A stretch of DNA of 57,640 bases from an uncultured Collinsella sp. (GCA_902495155.1 CABUWD010000001.1:1-57640); one strand, 5' to 3'; shown: positions 1 through 10,574, counted from the stretch's first letter. A program made the numbers and translations. Notes: a model not told the origin generated them from the sequence alone.

Positions 1-250
1 AGCTTTACCCTGTAGGGTCCCTGCCGCTACGTTGCAATCAGGGCATCTGGAGTGGACGGCGGCTTGGCTACGAGCTGGGGCTGAAAATCTGAATGGATGG
101 GTGCCGTTGCTGGGAGCGCAGGCGTTGCTGATGATGATCGCTTTGGAGATTGAAAGGCCGGTGGGCTTCGGCGGTTGTTGTGCCGGAAACTACATCCCAG
201 TTTGGAGGCGGATTGTGGGATGGGGGTTCCCGCCGTCCGCCTGTCAATCA

Positions 251-965
251 AAACCACCCCTAAAAGGGGTGGTTTGCTCTTAGGGTATAACCCTTGGATT
301 TCCGGCACGCGTCTAAAGGCGCCGGCCCTCACGGGGTTCGGGCCGCACTGCAGATTGACCCGTGGCGGGCCGGTCAAACCGGCGCTATTTACGCCCCGGC
401 CCCCTGCCGAAGGGGTCCTCGTACTCCTTGACGCTCAGCCGGTCGAGCGCGATGTCGGCCTTCTCCTGCTCCCGGATGTACTTCGCGATCGTGGCCTCGT
501 TCAGGCCGACCGTGGACACGTAGTAGCCCTCGGCCCAGAACTTCCTGTTGCCGAACTTGTACTTCATGTTCGCGTGCTTGTCGAATATCATCAGCGAGCT
601 CTTCCCCTTCAGGTAGCCCATCACGCTCGATACGCTGTACTTCGGCGGGATCGCCAGCAGCACGTGGACGTGGTCAGGCATCAGGTGCCCCTCGATGATC
701 TCTATCCCCTTGTACTGGCAGAGCTTCCTGAAGATCTCCCCAAGGTCGGACCTTATTTGGTTGTAGATGACTTTGCGCCTATACTTCGGCGTGAACACGA
801 CGTGGTACTTGCACATCCACTTCGTGTGCGACAGGCTGTAGGCCTTCTGGGCCATACGCCACCACCGCCCTCTCGACTCGGATTCCTTGCGGCCTGAACA
901 ATCGCAAGTGTCCGGCGAGGGGGCGGCTTTGTAAAACCGTTTGGCCCCACCCGCATAGCGGGTGG
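251..965 (-). mobile_element. IS200/IS605-family element (tnpA only, no tnpB); ends approximate
   Basis: tnpA flanked by related subterminal hairpins AAACCACCCC-TAAAA-GGGGTGGTTT (251-275) and CCACCCGC-ATA-GCGGGTGG (947-965). Confidence 0.85.
385..855 (-). CDS. tnpA: IS200/IS605 family Y1 (HUH) transposase
   Basis: MAQKAYSLSHTKWMCKYHVVFTPKYRRK N-terminus, HUH motif DHVH, FWAEGYYVSTVG and helix YIREQ; start taken at ATG 855. Confidence 0.95.
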   Translation of the reverse strand: MAQKAYSLSHTKWMCKYHVVFTPKYRRKVIYNQIRSDLGEIFRKLCQYKGIEIIEGHLMPDHVHVLLAIPPKYSVSSVMGYLKGKSSLMIFDKHANMKYKFGNRKFWAEGYYVSTVGLNEATIAKYIREQEKADIALDRLSVKEYEDPFGRGPGRK

Positions 966-1014
966 TTTCTGATGCGGCGCGCTGCGCGCCCCGCACAGGC
1001 TAAAGCCTCTAAGC

Positions 1015-1050
1015 AAAAAGGCCTCCAGAGCTGTTGCTCTGGAGGCCTTT
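1015..1050 (-). terminator. Intrinsic terminator after ackA paralog 1
   Basis: 15-bp perfect stem AAAGGCCTCCAGAGC/GCTCTGGAGGCCTTT with A-run (U tail on minus strand). Confidence 0.8.
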
Positions 1051-1072
1051 CGTTTACTTGCAAATGCGCGCG

Positions 1073-2251
1073 TTAGTTGTTCTTGGTCAGGCGCTCGACG
1101 TCGTGGGCGATCATGTATTCCTCGTCGGTGGGGATGACCATGACCGTAACGGCGGAACCGGCGGCGCTGATGACCTGCGGTCCGTTACCCACGGCCTCGC
1201 GGTTCTTGTTGTTGTCGATGCGCACGCCCAGCCACTCAAAACAGTCGCAGAAGGCCTTGCGGATCGACCAGTCGTTCTCGCCGATGCCGGCGGTAAAGGT
1301 GATGGTATCCACGCCCGCCATAGAAGCGATCATAGAACCGGCCTGCTGCATGGCCTTGTAGGCGAACATATCGAAGGCGAGCAGGCAACGTTCATCGCCC
1401 TCGGAGGCGCGCGTACGGATGTCGCGGGCGTCGTTGGAGATGCCCGAGATGGCAAGCAGGCCAGACTGCTTGTTCATCATGTCGTCGACTTCCTGGTAGC
1501 TGTATCCGCCCTCGCGCTGAAGATAGCACACGGTGGCCGGGTCGATGGAACCGCAACGGGTACCCATCATCAGACCGTCAAGCGGCGTGAGGCCCATCGT
1601 GGTATCGCGGCACACGCCGTCCTCGATGGCGGCGAGCGAAGCACCGTTGCCCAAATGGCACGAAAGTAGGCGGTGGCAGCGCGAGCCCAGGATCTCCTTG
1701 GCCATCATCCACTCATAGCGGTGGCTCGTGCCGTGGGCGCCGTACTTGCGCACGTGGTACTTGTCGCACACGTCCTTGGGCAGCGCGTAGGTATAGGCGA
1801 CCTCGGGCATGGTCATGTGGAACGAGGTGTCGAAGACCGCCACGTTGGGCAGCTCCGGATACTTCTCACGGCAATACTCAATCGCCGCGGCCTCGCCGTA
1901 GTTGTGCAGCGGGGCGAGCGGGGCCACCTCGAGAATCTTGGCCATAACTTCGTCGTCAACAACTGCGGAATCATCGAAGTGCCAGCCGCCCTGAACGATA
2001 CGATGACCAATGCCATCAATCGTAAAGTCGGTCTTCTCGAGCTCCTCGAGCACACGAGCGATAGCAGAGCGATGATCGGGGAAAGGGACCTCCTCGGTCT
2101 GCTTGGCGCCACCGTTCTCGGAGTGGCCAAAGATGCCCATGTCCGAACCGATACGTTCGCAGTTGCCCTTAGCGAAAACCTCGCGGGTATCGGTATCCAA
2201 AAGCTGATATTTAAGGCTTGAGCTGCCGGCGTTGACAACAAGTACGTTCAT
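1073..2251 (-). CDS. ackA: Acetate/propionate kinase, paralog 1
   Basis: NAGSSSLK, GHRIVQGG, APLHN, YGAHGTSH, HLGNGAS, GLTPLDG, TAGIGEN, IPTDEE motifs. Confidence 0.95.
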   Translation of the reverse strand: MNVLVVNAGSSSLKYQLLDTDTREVFAKGNCERIGSDMGIFGHSENGGAKQTEEVPFPDHRSAIARVLEELEKTDFTIDGIGHRIVQGGWHFDDSAVVDDEVMAKILEVAPLAPLHNYGEAAAIEYCREKYPELPNVAVFDTSFHMTMPEVAYTYALPKDVCDKYHVRKYGAHGTSHRYEWMMAKEILGSRCHRLLSCHLGNGASLAAIEDGVCRDTTMGLTPLDGLMMGTRCGSIDPATVCYLQREGGYSYQEVDDMMNKQSGLLAISGISNDARDIRTRASEGDERCLLAFDMFAYKAMQQAGSMIASMAGVDTITFTAGIGENDWSIRKAFCDCFEWLGVRIDNNKNREAVGNGPQVISAAGSAVTVMVIPTDEEYMIAHDVERLTKNN

Positions 2252-2415
2252 GAGACTCCTTTGCAGTGCAATACGGTCGACGCAGACCCCTTAAGGCGGC
2301 CGCATTTTAATAAGAAGTTATCACAACTTGATAAATAGCTATCAAGCATATCGCCCAACGAGCGCAAAAGAGGGGCCGAACGGCGCTCGGTCGTCCAGCC
2401 CCTCCCCTCTTGCAA

Positions 2416-3594
2416 TTACTTGCCGTTGACGATGCGCTCGACGTCGGAAGCGATCATGAACTCCTCGTCCGTGGGGATGACGAAAATCTTGACCTTGGAA
2501 TCCTCGGCAGACAGGCACCAAGCGCCGTCACCACGCAGGGCGTTGCGGGCATGATCCATCTTGACGCCCATAAAGGCCAAGCGGTCGGCCACGCCGGCGC
2601 GGACGGCCGGAGCGTGCTCGCCGATGCCGGCAGTAAAGACCAGGGTGTCCATGCCGCACATGGAAGTAGCCATCTCGGCAGCCTTGGCGGCAATCTTGTA
2701 GACAAACATGTCGAAGGCGAGCTGAGCATCGGGGTCACCAGCGGCGGCGAGCTCCTCGACGTTGCGGCAGTCGTTGGTCTTGCCGCCGGTCACAGCCAAA
2801 AGGCCGGACTTCTTGTTCATCATCTCGTCGACCTCGTCAAAGGTGTAGCCACCCTCGCGCTGCAGGTAGCACACGGTAGCCGGGTCAATGGAGCCGCAGC
2901 GGGTGCCCATCATGACGCCATCGAGCGGGGTGAGGCCCATGGTGGTGTCCATGCACTTGCCGTCCTCGATAGCGCACAGGGAAGCGCCGGAGCCGATATG
3001 GCACACGACGACCTTGCGGGCCTCGCCGTTGGTCATCTCGGCGACCTTCTTGGAGATGTAACGGTAGCTGGTGCCGTGGGCGCCGTACTTACGGATGTGC
3101 AGCTTGTCGCAAACGTCCTTGGGTAGAGCGTAAGTCTTGGCGACCTCGGGCATGTTGAAGTGGAAAGCGGTGTCATAGACCGTGACGTTGGGCAGGTCGG
3201 GATACTGCTCGAGGCAGTACTCGATAACGTTGGCCTCGGGGTTGTTGTGCAGCGGGGCGAGCGGGGCGACCTCGCGGATCTTTGCGAGGACGTCCTCGTC
3301 GACGAGGGAGGAATCGCCGAAGTACCAACCGCCCTGAACGATACGGTGGCCGATGCCCTCGATCTTGACGCCGTTGGCCTCAAGGTCCTTCAGGACGACC
3401 TCGATGGCGACCTTGTGGTCGGGGAACTCAATGTTCTCGGTCACCTTCTTGGAGCCATTGGCAGCATGGGTGAAGGTACCACCGGTAAAGCAGACGCGCT
3501 CGCAGGAGCCCTTTGCGGACACCTTATGGGACTTGGTGTCGATGACCTGATACTTAAGGGTCGAAGATCCCGCGTTGACGACCAGAACGTTCAT
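2416..3594 (-). CDS. ackA: Acetate/propionate kinase, paralog 2
   Basis: Same motif set (NAGSSTLK, HIGSGAS, TAGIGEH, IPTDEE); same 392-aa length. Confidence 0.95.
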   Translation of the reverse strand: MNVLVVNAGSSTLKYQVIDTKSHKVSAKGSCERVCFTGGTFTHAANGSKKVTENIEFPDHKVAIEVVLKDLEANGVKIEGIGHRIVQGGWYFGDSSLVDEDVLAKIREVAPLAPLHNNPEANVIEYCLEQYPDLPNVTVYDTAFHFNMPEVAKTYALPKDVCDKLHIRKYGAHGTSYRYISKKVAEMTNGEARKVVVCHIGSGASLCAIEDGKCMDTTMGLTPLDGVMMGTRCGSIDPATVCYLQREGGYTFDEVDEMMNKKSGLLAVTGGKTNDCRNVEELAAAGDPDAQLAFDMFVYKIAAKAAEMATSMCGMDTLVFTAGIGEHAPAVRAGVADRLAFMGVKMDHARNALRGDGAWCLSAEDSKVKIFVIPTDEEFMIASDVERIVNGK

Positions 3595-3714
3595 GTGTCT
3601 CCCTACTAACAGGCGGTGTGGCGCCGCCAGGTTACATACACTTCAATAATAAACCCAAACGCCCTCGCGCTCGGGTTTATTGGGTTGATATATAAGTTAT
3701 CGGTGCCTAAATAC

Positions 3715-4875
3715 TCATGGCCTTTGACTTGTAAGACGAAATAGCGCGGGGATATACACCAGGGAAGAAATCCCGAGCGCAACAAGCAATACGACTCGAA
3801 TGCCCGCAACGCTACTCAGCGCAGCGTTGAGCATATAGAAAAGAACAGCACCCACCGCCACCATCTGGCTTTGAACCGAAATCAGTGAACAGCGCATCGA
3901 TGAATCGGCAGCATTTTGGAAAACTGAGTATTTGATTGGGGCAAACAACGAGTACGCAACCGTCTGCAGCACATAGAACACGGGCAGCAAATTAGCCGGA
4001 GTAAGGGGGATCAAAAACAAAGCTGTCAATACTAAGCGAATGATGCCGCAAATACGCGCAAAACGATCCTTGTCGACATGAGCAATCACACTGGGCACAA
4101 TAAGCCCCATGGAGGCGGAGGCAAAGAGCTGGACCGCAATGGTCACGCCCGAAGCGACGGCATTCATTCCGCGGCCTGCAAGCAACAGTGAGAAAAAGTC
4201 TTCCAGAGCGACGAAGGCAAATGCCTGAGAACAGTCCATGATGAACGCTGACCGAAGAATGCCATTACACGCAATAGCGGCACCGATCATCTTCGGGCTC
4301 ATTCCATGTTCAGGTGTCGCCGCAGCGCCCTCTCTTCGCATCTCAGGAATGCAGACAACAACAACCAACGTCAACACCATAGCGATGATATCTGCCGAAA
4401 GACCAATGAGATATGCACCGACAGACGAAATGAAACCGCCCACGCAAGCGGAGATGGCATAAGAGGCATAGAAAACAAATCGCTCAACGACATTAAGTCT
4501 TACGAGCTGGTCCCGGGAGACGCTGTCAATGTAAATCGCTTCGATGGATCCGCTCACACATGCAGCGGCAAAACCTTTGAGAGCAAACGCGCCGATCAAA
4601 AGCAGAGGAGAACGGACAAGGAGTAGGGCGGCGTAGTATCCAAGCATTCCCACGACGCCAACGAGGCCGCTTACCTTTCGCCCAAACCTGTCAGCAATAT
4701 AGCCAGTAGGAACCTCCAGAATGAACTTGCTCACTTGGTAGGCGATCATCATGCTGGATATCGCCACCATCGAGAAGCCGACAAACTCAAGGTAAACCGT
4801 CAGAAAATACAAGATGGTGCTGAAGTTCGACAGGAAAACGAACGTCATATAGAGCAAAACCATACGGTTTCTCAT
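3715..4875 (-). CDS. MFS transporter
   Basis: Many hydrophobic helices, motif EVPTGYIADRFGRK; ATG 4875 with GGAGG upstream. Confidence 0.85.
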   Translation of the reverse strand: MRNRMVLLYMTFVFLSNFSTILYFLTVYLEFVGFSMVAISSMMIAYQVSKFILEVPTGYIADRFGRKVSGLVGVVGMLGYYAALLLVRSPLLLIGAFALKGFAAACVSGSIEAIYIDSVSRDQLVRLNVVERFVFYASYAISACVGGFISSVGAYLIGLSADIIAMVLTLVVVVCIPEMRREGAAATPEHGMSPKMIGAAIACNGILRSAFIMDCSQAFAFVALEDFFSLLLAGRGMNAVASGVTIAVQLFASASMGLIVPSVIAHVDKDRFARICGIIRLVLTALFLIPLTPANLLPVFYVLQTVAYSLFAPIKYSVFQNAADSSMRCSLISVQSQMVAVGAVLFYMLNAALSSVAGIRVVLLVALGISSLVYIPALFRLTSQRP

Positions 4876-4994
4876 ACCTCGCCCTCCAAGAGTCAATAAT
4901 CCAAACCGAAATCTTGGAAAAGTATGAGAGCAAAGCCGTCAACCATGCGTTACGAAGCGTCACTATTCACTTGACGACGCGATGCCAAATGGTC

Positions 4995-5885
4995 TCACGA
5001 AGCGAGATGGCGCAATAGGTGAAGGAAAACCGTCTGGTGTCGATCAGTCCACGCATTTTGCCGATAGCAAAAGTAGATAGGCAAGGTTACGTCACGCGAT
5101 CCTTCAATGGAGCACTCGCTCACTTCCGATCCATCCGATGCGAGAGAAGAGCCAGAAAAACCCAATATCAATCCCCCGGCCTGAAGAAACTCAGTCTGCG
5201 CTCTGTTTCCGTATTCGACGTCGCGGAAGCGGAAATTAACCAGCTGAGCTTCGGGACATTGATTGATTGCATTGAGACAGGGCGACAAATTAATAGGAAC
5301 AGCTAACCTGCCGCCCAGTAACTCACGAACGGTCATAGCGTCAACAGATTGATGACCAGCTGGACATGAAAGAACCCTGAGCTCCTTTTCACCCATATAT
5401 TTTGAAGAAAGGACGCTGTCCCGTGGTTCCTCAAATGAGATGGCCGCGTCCGAAATGCCAAGCACAAGTGATTCAAAGCATGTAGCCGTTGGCTGATGCC
5501 ACACATCAAGATGAATCTGAGGGTGCGAGCGTTCAAACGAGTCGTACCAGTTTTCGGAAAAAAGACGCCCCCGCCCATGAAGGCAGGGGGCGTAAAGACG
5601 GAAGTGGCCGTCGGGCGAGACGCCGTCGCCCCTCGATTGGGCGTACTTTTTGAGATCGTCGACTTGTGCCAGGATCACGCGTGCACGACGCGCAAATTCT
5701 CTGCCCGCCGGAGACAAAACAGCCTCCCCCGCCGATCGGTCGAGCAAAACAATCTGATACTCAGATTCCAACTTTTTGATTGCCGACGAAACAGCCTGCG
5801 GACTCACATGAACGGCGCGAGCTGCTTTGCGCACGCCACCATAGTTCGCTACCGCTTGAAGGTATTCGAGTTGAGAAAGCTGCAT
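4995..5885 (-). CDS. LysR family transcriptional regulator (divergent effector domain)
   Basis: N-terminal MQLSQLEYLQAVANYGGVRKAARAVHVSPQAVSSAIKKLESE HTH. Confidence 0.85.
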   Translation of the reverse strand: MQLSQLEYLQAVANYGGVRKAARAVHVSPQAVSSAIKKLESEYQIVLLDRSAGEAVLSPAGREFARRARVILAQVDDLKKYAQSRGDGVSPDGHFRLYAPCLHGRGRLFSENWYDSFERSHPQIHLDVWHQPTATCFESLVLGISDAAISFEEPRDSVLSSKYMGEKELRVLSCPAGHQSVDAMTVRELLGGRLAVPINLSPCLNAINQCPEAQLVNFRFRDVEYGNRAQTEFLQAGGLILGFSGSSLASDGSEVSECSIEGSRDVTLPIYFCYRQNAWTDRHQTVFLHLLRHLAS

Positions 5886-5926
5886 AGATTACTCCAAAGG
5901 CAGCCAAGTCGACGGGCTACGCGCCC

Positions 5927-6262
5927 TCAGATGAGGTTCTCGCCCAGGTTCTTGCCGCCGAGGACGTGCATGTGGAAGTGCATGACGGTCTGGCCGGCGT
6001 TGACGCCCTTGTTGGAGATGACACGGAAACCGTCCTCCAAGCCCTTGGCCTTAGCGACCTCCTGGATGGCGTGAGCCATGGCGCCCATGGTCTCGGCCGG
6101 CACGTTATCGGCGATATCGCTGTAGTGCTTCTTGGGGATCACGAGCGTGTGGACCGGCGCCTGGGGGTTGAGGTCGTCGAAGGCGATGACCTGGTCGTCC
6201 TCATAGACAACGGTCGAGGGGATCTCGTGGTTGGCGATTTTGCAGAAGATGCAATCACACAT
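5927..6262 (-). CDS. HIT (histidine triad) nucleotide-binding protein
   Basis: DCIFCKI N-terminus and HFHMHVLGG triad. Confidence 0.95.
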   Translation of the reverse strand: MCDCIFCKIANHEIPSTVVYEDDQVIAFDDLNPQAPVHTLVIPKKHYSDIADNVPAETMGAMAHAIQEVAKAKGLEDGFRVISNKGVNAGQTVMHFHMHVLGGKNLGENLI

Positions 6263-6416
6263 GGCTGGTTCCTTTCTAACGACAACGCAACAGAAGGTGG
6301 CGTTGTTCAGTGAAACACCAAGACAGTTTAGCCCACTTCAAAGATCCGAATTGAGCGAAATCCATTCCTCGGCAATCGCAATGGCCAGAGGGCTTTATCC
6401 ATCCATATGCTCGCGC

Positions 6417-7637
6417 CTATTTAAAGTGTTTGACCTCGGGAACGATCAACACCGGAAGGACGGATAGACCGTAAAGCAGAGTAATAAGCATCATTTGTTT
6501 GTCGTAATCTGAACCGGAAATAGCCGCAATCCCAATAGGAAGCATATAAGAGCCCAAAAGGCTAACTTCGGCCATAATGCCGCCAGCGCTGCCAGCATAA
6601 CGAGTGCCGATTTCAACAAATGAAACTGGCAGAGCTTGAACAACTGGACCCATCATGCTCGTAACGATGCCGCACACTGCAAGCAATACCCCCATGGACT
6701 TCAAGCCCGAGGCAAACCACGCAACTGCAATTGAAATAGAGCCAAGAAGCCCGACAATCACAAGATACGGTCGCGCAAGGCGGCATTTACCGTAAAGCAT
6801 CGGAGCAATCAAGCAGCCGATAATCCCAGCAGCGGTTGTCAGCGCCGCCATTTCGCCGGCCGTCGAAGCATCGGTGCCTCGCACAAGCTCAAGAGCCTGA
6901 GGTAGCACACCGGAAAAGGCGGTCGTGGCGGCAAGTGAGAAAGCGGCGCAAATCGCGCAAAGCCAAACGTTACGCGAACGAAAAGCAGTCAGAAGGGCTT
7001 GGTCGTGCTCAACGCCATCAGGAATAAGTGAGTCATGCTGTGCGTTCTTACCAAATAAACCCCAGAAGATAGTCAGAACGACCAACAACGCTTCTGCAAC
7101 TGTATAGCCCATTAGCACGGAAGACATAAACGCCGATGACGCTTGCGCCGCCGCAATGCCAAAGCAAGTCGCCGCATAGTAAATGCCCATCGCAACATCC
7201 GTCTTATCTGCAAACCAAAGTCCAAGCGTCTTTGCATTATTGGCAGTCAATGCCGCCATCCCCACGCCGATGCAAAACATCGAGACAAGTTGAGCAGGAT
7301 AGTTCGATAGGGTGAAAATTCTGATAGCGCCGCCGACTAAAGAAACACAGAACCCGCCAAGTATCACTACTTTGGGCCCAAGCCTATCTCCAAGTGATCC
7401 GAACGGGAGACTAAAGAAAACCGCCGCAAGCATTGGCGCCAGAAAGAGAGATGAGAATCCGACAGGGTCGATATTCATCTGAGGCATGATGACCGTAGCA
7501 TAGGCAGCGACCTGATACTGCATGAAGTTGCCCAAAAAACAGAGACCACACGTCAACAGCAATATTAACCAGCGGTAACCACTCGAAGCCCGCTTTTGCT
7601 CAACTTTGTGCGCAACTTCGCACGCTTCACCATCCAT
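6417..7637 (-). CDS. MFS transporter (CynX/NimT-like)
   Basis: Multi-TM pattern, GSLGDRLGPK motif A; clear paralog of the next gene. Confidence 0.85.
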   Translation of the reverse strand: MDGEACEVAHKVEQKRASSGYRWLILLLTCGLCFLGNFMQYQVAAYATVIMPQMNIDPVGFSSLFLAPMLAAVFFSLPFGSLGDRLGPKVVILGGFCVSLVGGAIRIFTLSNYPAQLVSMFCIGVGMAALTANNAKTLGLWFADKTDVAMGIYYAATCFGIAAAQASSAFMSSVLMGYTVAEALLVVLTIFWGLFGKNAQHDSLIPDGVEHDQALLTAFRSRNVWLCAICAAFSLAATTAFSGVLPQALELVRGTDASTAGEMAALTTAAGIIGCLIAPMLYGKCRLARPYLVIVGLLGSISIAVAWFASGLKSMGVLLAVCGIVTSMMGPVVQALPVSFVEIGTRYAGSAGGIMAEVSLLGSYMLPIGIAAISGSDYDKQMMLITLLYGLSVLPVLIVPEVKHFK

Positions 7638-7713
7638 TGCACCAACCTCACATTAAAAATGGTCGCGACCCCCATTTCAACTGGAGGTCGCGACCAGGCA
7701 AAACACCGATTAA

Positions 7714-8931
7714 TTATAATTCAGAAGTCTCAGGCATCTCGGCTTTTGCCGCCGCACCAGTCTCGGGCAACATCGCAATAGGCAAAACGCTCGCAAGGAA
7801 AAGAATCGATTCGATCGTAAAGTTCAACGTCCAATTGTCACCAGAAATAGACGAAACAATAACGGGAACAAAATAGGAGCAGAGAAGGCCGACAGTACCG
7901 ATTATTCCACCAGCGCTACCGGCATATTTCGCGCCAATCTCAGGAAGATCAGGAGTCATTGCCTGAATAATGGGGCCAGAAAGAGCGGTCATAAAACCAT
8001 TGAGGACGAGAGCAACCCACATGACAGTGCCAAGCGGCAAAAACCAGTTTGCAACCATTACAACGGCGGCAATCACCGTGGTTACAATGAGAAACGGTTT
8101 ATTCTTACCGAGCTTGAGGACGGCAGCCGGTCCCGCAAAACAAGCAAAGAAGCTACCAACTGTAATAATTGCTGCCATAGATCCAGCGGTGGCAGTATCA
8201 ACGCCGCGAACGAGCTCAAGCGCAGACGGCAGAATTGCGCAATATGCCGTGGTTGAAGCGAGGGTAAGACCATAAGCCAAGGCAATGCACCAAACGCCGC
8301 GCGACTTAGCGGCAATCTTAATGTACTTCATAACCGGCTCGGGCTCGGGCATGGGCTCGCCCTCCGGGACGTTCCTCATAAAGAAGATCCACAGCGCAGC
8401 AGTTACAGCTTCGGCAATAGCAGCGACCAGATAAGACACGTCAAGCGTAGGAAAATAAGTGCTGAATGCCTGGGCTATCACGATGGACACACATGAAGCA
8501 GCATAGAAAACTCCCACGGCAAGGGAGGTCTGCTGTTTAAACCAGGAACCCAGCACCTTTGCCAGATTGGCATTGAGCGCCGCAATGCCAAAGCCGATCA
8601 TAAACATCGAAACGATCTGCACGGTAAAGTCATTAATCATGAAATAACGCAGAAAGCCGCCTACAGCAGAAAGCACCATGCCAATTGACACGACAAGCTT
8701 AACGCCGTAGCGATCAGCAAGAGATCCTGCAGGAATCGACAAAAACACAGCGGTGAGCATCGGCATCAACATAAGATTGGTAAGCCCACCGGCATCGATG
8801 CCGAGAGTCGTCATCACGACGACACCCCATGCTGAAACCTGATATTGCATGAAGTTTGCCATGAAGCAAATGAGGCAAACTACGAATAAGATCATCCACC
8901 GATAACCCGATAGCTTTTCTTCTTGAGCCAT
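7714..8931 (-). CDS. MFS transporter (CynX/NimT-like)
   Basis: GSLADRYGVK motif A; shares SGYRW, NFMQYQV, ALELVRG and YAGSAGGI with the neighbour. Confidence 0.85.
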   Translation of the reverse strand: MAQEEKLSGYRWMILFVVCLICFMANFMQYQVSAWGVVVMTTLGIDAGGLTNLMLMPMLTAVFLSIPAGSLADRYGVKLVVSIGMVLSAVGGFLRYFMINDFTVQIVSMFMIGFGIAALNANLAKVLGSWFKQQTSLAVGVFYAASCVSIVIAQAFSTYFPTLDVSYLVAAIAEAVTAALWIFFMRNVPEGEPMPEPEPVMKYIKIAAKSRGVWCIALAYGLTLASTTAYCAILPSALELVRGVDTATAGSMAAIITVGSFFACFAGPAAVLKLGKNKPFLIVTTVIAAVVMVANWFLPLGTVMWVALVLNGFMTALSGPIIQAMTPDLPEIGAKYAGSAGGIIGTVGLLCSYFVPVIVSSISGDNWTLNFTIESILFLASVLPIAMLPETGAAAKAEMPETSEL

Positions 8932-9008
8932 TTCTTTCTCCTTACGCAGGGATAGTTCAAGCTGAATTCAATGGGGCTAATTAGCCCACTCCATTGCGGC
9001 TTCTTTCA

Positions 9009-10499
9009 CTAATCGTTGAGTAGTACCTCGTACATAGGACGGAACACCGAATCTTCTTTGGCATGCAGCGAATGCACCGGCTTCCACTCGTTTTCGTCAA
9101 TTACCATATGAATGTGGTTCTCAGCGGTATAGGGGTCCCATGGTGCCTTGCCCTCAACAAACGGTTTGCCCGTCTTCGCAAAGCTGAACCACGCATCGTT
9201 CATTTCATCCGCGAGATGCGCTGGAGGATTGTCACCCGTAAACATCAGACCACTCGCGGTATCAAGATTCTTGAAAACGAACGGCACCTCGATTGCGTGG
9301 CAAGAACCCATTCCCTCGACACGAGATTTATAATGGAACAAATAGTTGTACACGGGCTTAAACGCCGACTGCTCTTCAGCCATAAGGTCGGTGCCGACAA
9401 AGAAACCGGTTGAGTTCATAAAATTGGTGTAATTCTCGGCAAAATCGCGCTCAGGCCATGCCTTTCGATATGCTTGCTCCCAGTAATCGATATCAATCTG
9501 ATCATCAAAATGAATCGGGAATTGGCCGTGCCAGAATCCGGGAAGGTCATCGAAATAGAAATGGAAATAAGTAAACTCGTCCTCGGTACATCCAATCATG
9601 ATATCGATATCCTTGGCTGCGCCCTCCGCCCAGGCCTTCATCGGCTTCTTGGGAAGAAAAGACCCGTCGCAAACCGGCGAGAAAATTAGCGACACTTCGT
9701 AGGTATGACGATCGCACCACACCTGCATGCCCTCAATGAGCTCGTCTGCCGACTTCGCTAAGAGCTCTTGGGCGGTTTTGCATCCCATGATTTCGGCGAA
9801 CTCCCGAGCAAAGTACTCGCCGCGCTCGCGGGTCTTATAAAGCTGGATAGGGCCGGACTCCAAAATCGCACGTTGGAAATACTTATTTGCCTCTGGCAAT
9901 ATGGAAAGAAGAGCCTGGCTGGAAGAGCCTGCCGACTCACCGAAAAGCGTGACACAATTGGGGTCACCGCCGAAGGCCGAAATATTCTCATGCACCCACT
10001 CGAGCGCACGGATTTGATCAAGAATGGCAAGATAGCCGGCGTCTTTGTAGTCCTCTCCGCCCGGCAGGCAATCGAGCAGCAGCGACCCAAACAAGTTCAG
10101 ACGGTAGTTAATCGAAACAATAACGACATCCTTCGCTGCCGCAAAATTGGAGCCGTTATATAGCGGGTCGGCAGATCCACCTGAGAAGTAGGCACCACCA
10201 TGGATATATACCATGACAGGAAGGTTCTTGCGTGCGTGTCCCCTGACCCACACGTTAAGGCTCAGGCAATCCTCCCCTTGCTCATGAAGCGAAGCGAGTT
10301 CAACTTCATCGATAAATTGCCTGGCAGAATGCCCGAATTCCACGCATTCAATTTCCTCATCGGAATCATCAAGGCGCTCAGGGGCACGCCAACGAAGATC
10401 ACCTACCGGCTGCTTTGCATAGGGAATGCCCAAAAAAGCTTCAACCCCGTTTTCGAGCGTCTTGCCCGAAACTATACCCGTCCTAGTCTTGACCTTCAT
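9009..10499 (-). CDS. Type-B carboxylesterase (PnbA-like alpha/beta hydrolase)
   Basis: FLGIPYA, EDCLSLNVW, HGGAY oxyanion loop, GESAG nucleophile, CHAIE catalytic His. Confidence 0.92.
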   Translation of the reverse strand: MKVKTRTGIVSGKTLENGVEAFLGIPYAKQPVGDLRWRAPERLDDSDEEIECVEFGHSARQFIDEVELASLHEQGEDCLSLNVWVRGHARKNLPVMVYIHGGAYFSGGSADPLYNGSNFAAAKDVVIVSINYRLNLFGSLLLDCLPGGEDYKDAGYLAILDQIRALEWVHENISAFGGDPNCVTLFGESAGSSSQALLSILPEANKYFQRAILESGPIQLYKTRERGEYFAREFAEIMGCKTAQELLAKSADELIEGMQVWCDRHTYEVSLIFSPVCDGSFLPKKPMKAWAEGAAKDIDIMIGCTEDEFTYFHFYFDDLPGFWHGQFPIHFDDQIDIDYWEQAYRKAWPERDFAENYTNFMNSTGFFVGTDLMAEEQSAFKPVYNYLFHYKSRVEGMGSCHAIEVPFVFKNLDTASGLMFTGDNPPAHLADEMNDAWFSFAKTGKPFVEGKAPWDPYTAENHIHMVIDENEWKPVHSLHAKEDSVFRPMYEVLLND

Positions 10500-10574
10500 T
10501 GCTTGTCCTTCCTCACAATTAAGATGCTAGATCGATGCTAGATCGATATGATTTAAGCTAGCTGGCTTGAAACC

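Noticed and set aside
1..250. Short ORFs at the window start
   Set aside because: No RBS, motif or codon bias; they run into the IS end
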